A DNA stretch of 64,000 bases, taken from positions 117,535 through 181,534 of the forward strand of contig CBFFRQ010000006.1 of NCBI GenBank assembly GCA_965644315.1, read 5' to 3'. Under the pieces are notes generated by a model that searched no databases, was not told where the DNA came from, and saw only the letters and a program-made list of their open reading frames with translations. Source of the DNA: Caecitellus pseudoparvulus. Taxonomy: Eukaryota; Protista; Bigyra: Bicosoecida. Each line of letters starts with the position of its first letter. The stretch's first letter is position 1. Positions 58,001-64,000 of this stretch are shown here, in pieces. Made by a program: the position numbers and the translations under genes.

Positions 58001-61000
58001 TTCGGCGCGTCAGTGGAGTGGCTGGGAGGCAGCACCATCGCTGTGCTGGCGCCAGATGAGACGCAAGTCTGTGCTGAGGTCACACATGGCATCGGGTCGG
58101 GGGCCATCTACATCCTGTCCCTGTCGTTCATCACGGGCTCTTCCCTTGCCCAAGTGCAGACTTGGCACCGGATCTTCGCCCCAGCCATGGCACCCTCGCC
58201 TGGAGCAGGCTTCCCAGCCCGCATGTTGCGACTTGCAGCGGCACCCAGCTTTGCCCAGGACGGCACACCAGACTTGCTCATCACGACCAGCGGCACTGCA
58301 GCGCTGCCACACGCTGGCAGTGACTTGCAGGAGGTTGTTCGCACTCCGAGCTCAGTGTCAGCCCAGTACTGTCTGCTGCACCTGGACAGCCAGTTCAGGG
58401 TGCCGACGTCTGTGTTCTCGCGCCCTGTGACGTGTTTGCAGGAAGGCATGCCAGGCGCTGTGCCGTCTCACGCTGTTGTGAACGGCTCCAGCTCGGCTGT
58501 GTTGATGACTGGCTTGAACGGGTCAGCGCCGCATCCTGGACTTGCGACTGCACTGCCACTGGGTGATCCAGATGGCAACGGAGCGTTGGATGTGCTCATG
58601 ATGTTGCCAGGCATGGGCATGTTCTCGTTGCTGCCCAACGGCACCGTGAACAGCACTGCGGCGCCACACCAAGGCGCGATGATGGTGGGTGAGATCGTGC
58701 AGCCTGGGTGGGGCTACATCCCTCGTGCATACGGCCCACCTGGAGGCGGCTTTGGTGTTTCGTATGACGAGCAAGCCGAGCTGGCGACGCGGATTGACCC
58801 GTTGACTTGGGCACCGGGGCACAAGGCTGACTACAACATGGCGCGGTTGTACTTGGCTGCGATGGGCAAGCGCATGCGAGGGTGCTGGGAGACGGGATCG
58901 CAGTCATTTTCGCCAACTACTCGAACTGAAAATGCCCACTACGTTGCGGAACTTCCCCAATTGTCTAATCCAACGGCTCGAGCATTGCTGAACGACGCTC
59001 TGGGTGAAGTGGAGTCAGCCGAGTGGACCAGTGAGGATGGAGCTCTGACTCTGCAGGCTTGGGTGGGCACTGTGGAAGGGCCCGCGGACATGGACACCGC
59101 TGGAGCTGCATTGCTGCATGGCACTGAGGAAGGCAGCGGACTCCACGTGGAACGGAATCTGGAGGGCTCGGTGTTGCTGTCAGTAAGTGGCGACAGCAGC
59201 TCCAGCTACAGCAGCTCTGGATCGAGCAGTGAAGGTGTTGAGGGCGAGCTGTGGACATCCACATGGGGGGATGGAGGGGCAGTGTTCCAGAATGTGAGCA
59301 TTGTCGCTGAGGGCGAGGAGGTGCTGATGGGCTCTCAAGTCTGTCATGTCCGGAGCAAGCCGTTGGAGTGTGAGGAGGGCGGTGCTGCGTGCCTGCACCG
59401 CTTTGCCGCTGTGTGTGGAGAGTTCAAGGAGCCCCAAAGGCTGGCACGGCTCCTTGGCCCGACTTATACACCTGACAGTGTCAACATAGGTGGTGGGCCT
59501 GTGAGTGGGAACCGCATTCAACGCACTGAGAACAGCTTGCAGTGCAACTTCTGGGAGTCCAACCTGAACTCCAGGTTCAGCTCCACCACCACCCAGCTGC
59601 TGCAAGGCGCCACAGACAAGTACCGGCCTGGAAACTCCATGTTCCCAGGGGCTTCAGTGAATGGAAGCAGCTCTGCCGCGAATGTGAAGGCCTTGCATCA
59701 AGCCAGCGCGTATTCCTTGGGCATGTCCATGGCGCCCATGCACGACTTCGATGGAGATGGCGTGGCTGAAATGCTCGTGGGAGCACCACTGGCGGGTGAG
59801 ATCGGTCGGGAGTACGATTGCCCGCTCGCTTTCGGCCGAGAGCCACCTCAACTGCGTCGGTCCAACGTTGGCGCGGTGTTCATGGTGCACATGGTGCCAG
59901 GGAATCAGTCTGAAGCAGGCACCAAGCAAGCTGTCAGAACTCCTCGCGAATGGAACAGTGGCGAGTACTTCTATGGCTCCACAGGCACGACATCCCAACA
60001 CGCGAATGTGGAGCCTGGGAAGAAGGTGCTGGCAGATGGCATGTACCGTGTGGGGCACTTCGACCGCATCGGGCGGCATAGCACAGGCGGTCACATGCAC
60101 CTGGAAGATGGGGATACTGCCAGCACGCTTGACATAGGAGCGGAAGGGGCGCAGCTTGGCTGTGCAGTGGCGAATGTGGGCTGGAACAACCACTCTGGGT
60201 CACCCAGGCTGACCATGGCAATGGGGGCGTGCAACGCGCCGAGCAGCACTGGGTCTAGTGTGGAGGATGGACGTGGTGCTGTGTTGTTGCTGGACTTCTC
60301 TGAAGCAGGACTGCTGGTGGACTGGAGCTATATGGATGTGCTGGATGTGCACATGGAACACTCAGCTGCTCTGCCGCCTGTGCATCCGAAGAACCGCTTC
60401 CCAGTCAGTCTGGCTGCAGCTGGCGACTTGGAGGGTGACGGCACCGTGGACGTCGCGGCAGTGTTCCACGATGGCTCGACACGCAAGCGGTACATCGTGC
60501 TGTTGCACCGTGATGCGAACGGCACCTTCAGCCACAGCTCCCTCATCGCGCCTGCTTCCATCCCTGGCCTGCCGCCATCCTTCACAGCGTACAGTGCACG
60601 GCCTGAGATGGGGTTCGGGGACAGCATGACGTATGTGGGGCGTGGCGTGGTGGCGATCGCGCTGTGGCGGGCCAGTCCACGTGTGCTGGACAAGTTCAAC
60701 TCTTCAGCACTCGACCCAGCTACACCGTATGGAACATCAACAAGCGAGGCGACGACCCTCATTCGCCCACAGCACATGAAGGCTGAGACGTCACAAAGTG
60801 CAGCCGGGCTCTACACTGAGAACCACCACCCTGTGACTCGAGAAGGCAAGGGCATGTTGATGCTTGTGCGACTGGGCAGGAATGGCACCGCGCTGAATGC
60901 GAGTCTGTTGCAGGAGAATGACATCCGCCCCTTTGGTATCGATGTAGGTGGCACCACTGTGGGCATTGGGTTGTCCGGGTTGCATCCAGAGCTGCTGTAT

Positions 61001-64000
61001 GGGCACGTGGGGCCATCATCTGCACGGCAGGTCATGGACGACGGCGCTGACCCAGGAAGTGAGAATGCCTTCGGAGGGCCGAACATGGTGCCCAATCCGC
61101 TGGGCTTCAGCCAGGAGAACGGCTTTGCTTCTTCCATTCCAGACATGCTGGTGCAGGTGGATTCGTGGCGGCAGAAGGCGCATCCGAAGTGGCGGAACGG
61201 CGGGGAGGTGTTCACTGCCAGTCAGTACATGGACGGCACGAATCGAAGGAAGGTAAATGGGAATCGATGGCCACTGAGAGGCAACGTGAAGCTGCTGAAA
61301 ACGAGCAATGGCGGGACATCTGGTTCAAGCTTCAATGTGAACTGGGGAGCGCTGGCGACGAGCTACTGGAACTTTCAGCCCCCAGCAACTTCCATCCCCG
61401 ACGTGACCATGCACGGTCTGTCAGGGCATGTCATGCCGACTGCGTTCAATGCCTTCAATCGAAGGTACTCGAGCACTGGACCAAGTTCGAGCACGAAGAG
61501 GACCACGGCAAGGATGGGGAACTTGCTGTCTGCTGAGAGAATGTTTGAGCAGTCAATGGCAAGTTCAAGTTCATCGTCAGCTGTGACAAGAGGTCCGAAC
61601 ATTGGAGGGGTATTGAGATCTACCAGCGACTTTCTTTTGGGACTGCAAATGTACCGAGAAGCTCCCCTTCGGTTGCTTTCGTCAGTGGCAACCAGAAGTG
61701 ACTGGATCCGAGACCAGTCAGACTGGTACCAAGCCCAGCACAATGGAAAGGACTTCTTCAGGGATGCAGGGCTGCAGGGTTTCTCAGTCACCAGACCATG
61801 CTTATCACCCTCTTCAACGGAAACTTGGGCAGCTGGACCTCGCATTCCTCCTGGAGCGACCGTTCCTCCCGCAGGCCAGTCTTGGTACTGGCCTCAGATC
61901 ACAAACGCAAAACGCTTCCCGGCCCTGCAAGCTGGCAAAGCCCCCACTTCCATGCCCGTGTCCGTTGCGGTAATGTGTCCCTTTATCAGCGATCCAGACA
62001 ATTTTTATCGCCAGCAGTCGAGCAGCTCTTCTTCTTCAAGTAGCACTTGGTCGAGTTCGATTTACACGTACATTCGAAACCGTCTGAGTTTAGAGGCTTT
62101 CGTTTCAACAAGAGAGGAACGGTATTTTTCAGACGGTACTTTTTCGAACATTCTCACCAGCTTAAGTGCTTTTTGTCAGGATCAGTTGCGGACTGTCAGT
62201 CGTGCAGGAAACGAGAATGCTGCTGTGAATCTAAGGAAGTACTTTCCGATTCGGCACCCCCGCCCACGGGACATCCTCTGGCCCCGCATGTTCGGCAACC
62301 AAGCCCTGCGGTACTTCGGAGAGCGCATCCAGCGCCATGCCGAGGTTTACGCCGTGTACCTCAACCAAGACGGATCTGTGCGCCAGAGCGTGCCTGTGGT
62401 CAAGGCATCGCCTCTGTACGACCGCATGCTGCCCAACTGGAGCAACATCGGCTCCAGCATGGCCCTGCTGCGCCAGACAGAGTCGGGCATGCTGCACATC
62501 CTGACTGCAGCGGCATACATGGATGACCTGAAGATGCGGGGCTCTCTGAACACCTGGGGCTATGCCAAGACCTCCAACTTCTACGTGCTGGAGGCGTTGC
62601 CTGCTCCCCCAACACAGTACGAGCCTGTGGCGGTGCCGTAACACCGCCTCAGCACGTTGGCGTCTGTGGTGCGAGCGGGGAATGACAGCTCTGTGCCGCC
62701 TCCAGCTGATGTGCTGGCGCCTGTGTCGCCTTGGGTGCGACCAAGTGTCGTGCCGTTGCTGTGGTCGCCTTCTCCATCCTCCACAGCCACTCCTTCAACT
62801 TCCAACACGGCAACTGCGTCGGTCAGTAGCAGGTCCAGTGGGACACAACTGCCCAACGCGAGCCCCACCAGCACTGCAAGTCCTTCAGTTTCTTCAGAGG
62901 CCACAAGGAGCCCGTCTTCGTCTGTGACCGGAAGCACTTCCGTTGCTCCCACTGGCACCACAAGCGGCACTCCAACAACGTCAGTCACGGTATCAGTCAC
63001 GGCATCAGTCGGCACCTCGCCCAGCTCCAGCATGACAGCTTCAGCCTCTGCCACAGTCAGAAGCGCCTCTCCCACGGCATCACCCACAGCCACATCCACA
63101 GGAACTCCATCTCGAAATGCGTCCGTTTCGACCACCTCCTCCGCGACGGCCAGCTCCTTTGCTACCCCCACCTTATCCATGACAAGCTCCAGATCGCCTT
63201 CCATCAGCTCATCACACTCTCCCTCGGCTTCGTACTCACCATCTGAGAGTTCGTCAATCAGTGGGACTCCAGCAGTCGGGGCGTCGGGCACGGCAATCAG
63301 CAGTGCAGCTCAGAGCGTCACGCCCAGCGGCACTGTGACCAGCACGCCGAGCGTAACACAAACTACAATTCTCACACTTTCTGTGCTCCCAACATCCAGT
63401 GGCACCCAATCTTGCAGCCCCAGTGCCCAGGTGACGTCCAGTGTGACTACCACTTCTTCAACTAGCATTGCACCTACTCCTTCAGCCAGCTGGACGCCTT
63501 CACCATCACCAAGTGTTTCTTCAAGCGGCTCTCTGCCGTGTTCGACTTCCGCCAGTGTTCTCACTCGCTTTGAGAAGTACCCGAACACTGCATGCGGTGG
63601 CAGAAATGAGATTTTCGTTGGAGTTTCTGAGCTGTCCGAGTGTGCTGAAATTTGTCACTCAGCTTCGAACTGTGTTTCGTTCGAGTTCCACAACGAAAAT
63701 CACCCAAGCTTTCGACGGTGCCAAGTGTCAAGCTCATGCACATTGGGTTTGGCAACTTTGCATCAGAGTATTGATTTGTACATTCCGCTCACAGCCTCAG
63801 TGACACCCGCATCACCCTGTTCGGCGACCAGCACGCCCAGCGGCACCGTGACCAGCACGCCCAGCGGCACGTTGACCAGCACGCCCAGTGGCACCATGAC
63901 CAGCACACCCAGTGGCACCGTGACCAGCACACCCAGCGGCACTGCAACCAGCACACCCAGCGGCACCGTGACCAGCGCGACCATCGGAACTGTGACCAGC
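55005..64000 (+). CDS. Giant cell-surface FG-GAP (integrin-alpha-type beta-propeller) protein with Ser/Thr mucin-like stalk and PAN/apple-like domain; disrupted as assembled (start-codon frameshift, in-frame TAA at 62639-62641); runs off the window
   Basis: FG-GAP/Ca-binding motifs DYDGDGARDWILGAP, FGASVAVLGDVDSNGWPDVAVGAP, DLNSDGVPDLAIGA, DFDGDGVAEMLVGAP and DLEGDGTVD. Intron 55287-55379 links a signal-peptide-like exon. The same frame continues without a stop from 62642 to 64000. Confidence 0.72.
63827..64000 (+). repeat. Coding 24-bp tandem repeat (TSTPSGTx), 6 full copies plus degenerate ones, continuing off the window
   Basis: The unit accagcacRcccagYggcacNNNN is repeated head to tail. 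A related copy lies near 63320. Confidence 0.9.

Noticed and set aside
62639-62641. Alternative genetic code with TAA as a sense codon
   Set aside because: TAA terminates three other genes at plausible C-termini and no other long CDS here contains in-frame TAA or TAG.
63827-64000. 24-bp repeats as a CRISPR array
   Set aside because: Head-to-tail with no spacers, length a multiple of 3, encoding TSTPSGT in an open frame; eukaryotic context and no cas genes.

Overview
Gene-dense, GC-rich eukaryotic nuclear DNA, not prokaryotic. Hand splicing gives 17 protein-coding genes (two cut by the window edges) plus a Sel1-repeat relic. They contain 19 short GT-AG introns (63-116 nt, mostly about 70 nt), nearly all near the 5' ends. 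A POP-type organellar DNA polymerase suggests a non-opisthokont protist; a heterotrophic stramenopile is a guess. Gene order: ALKBH8-like dioxygenase (-, truncated); saccharopine-dehydrogenase-like oxidoreductase; DNA-PKcs (~5140 aa); ATM1/HMT1-type ABC half-transporter; mitochondrial POP; His-motif membrane protein; ~2800-aa protein with about 9 unrecognised repeats; basic K/A/R-rich protein (-); DGQHR-domain protein (-); MAT1; small WW protein; Sep15/SelM-like protein (-); PXA-PX sorting nexin with an SH2-like module; RECQL4 with a GRF finger; CCaMK-like kinase fused in frame to PurE; GT77-like glycosyltransferase; Sel1 relic; and a giant FG-GAP/mucin/PAN surface protein with two apparent lesions. 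The standout is the kinase / CaM-binding segment / 3 EF-hand / PurE fusion at 49383-51741, a candidate link between Ca2+ signalling and de novo purine synthesis. No rRNA, tRNA, CRISPR or mobile element was recognised. All family calls come from motif recognition by eye; no searches were run.
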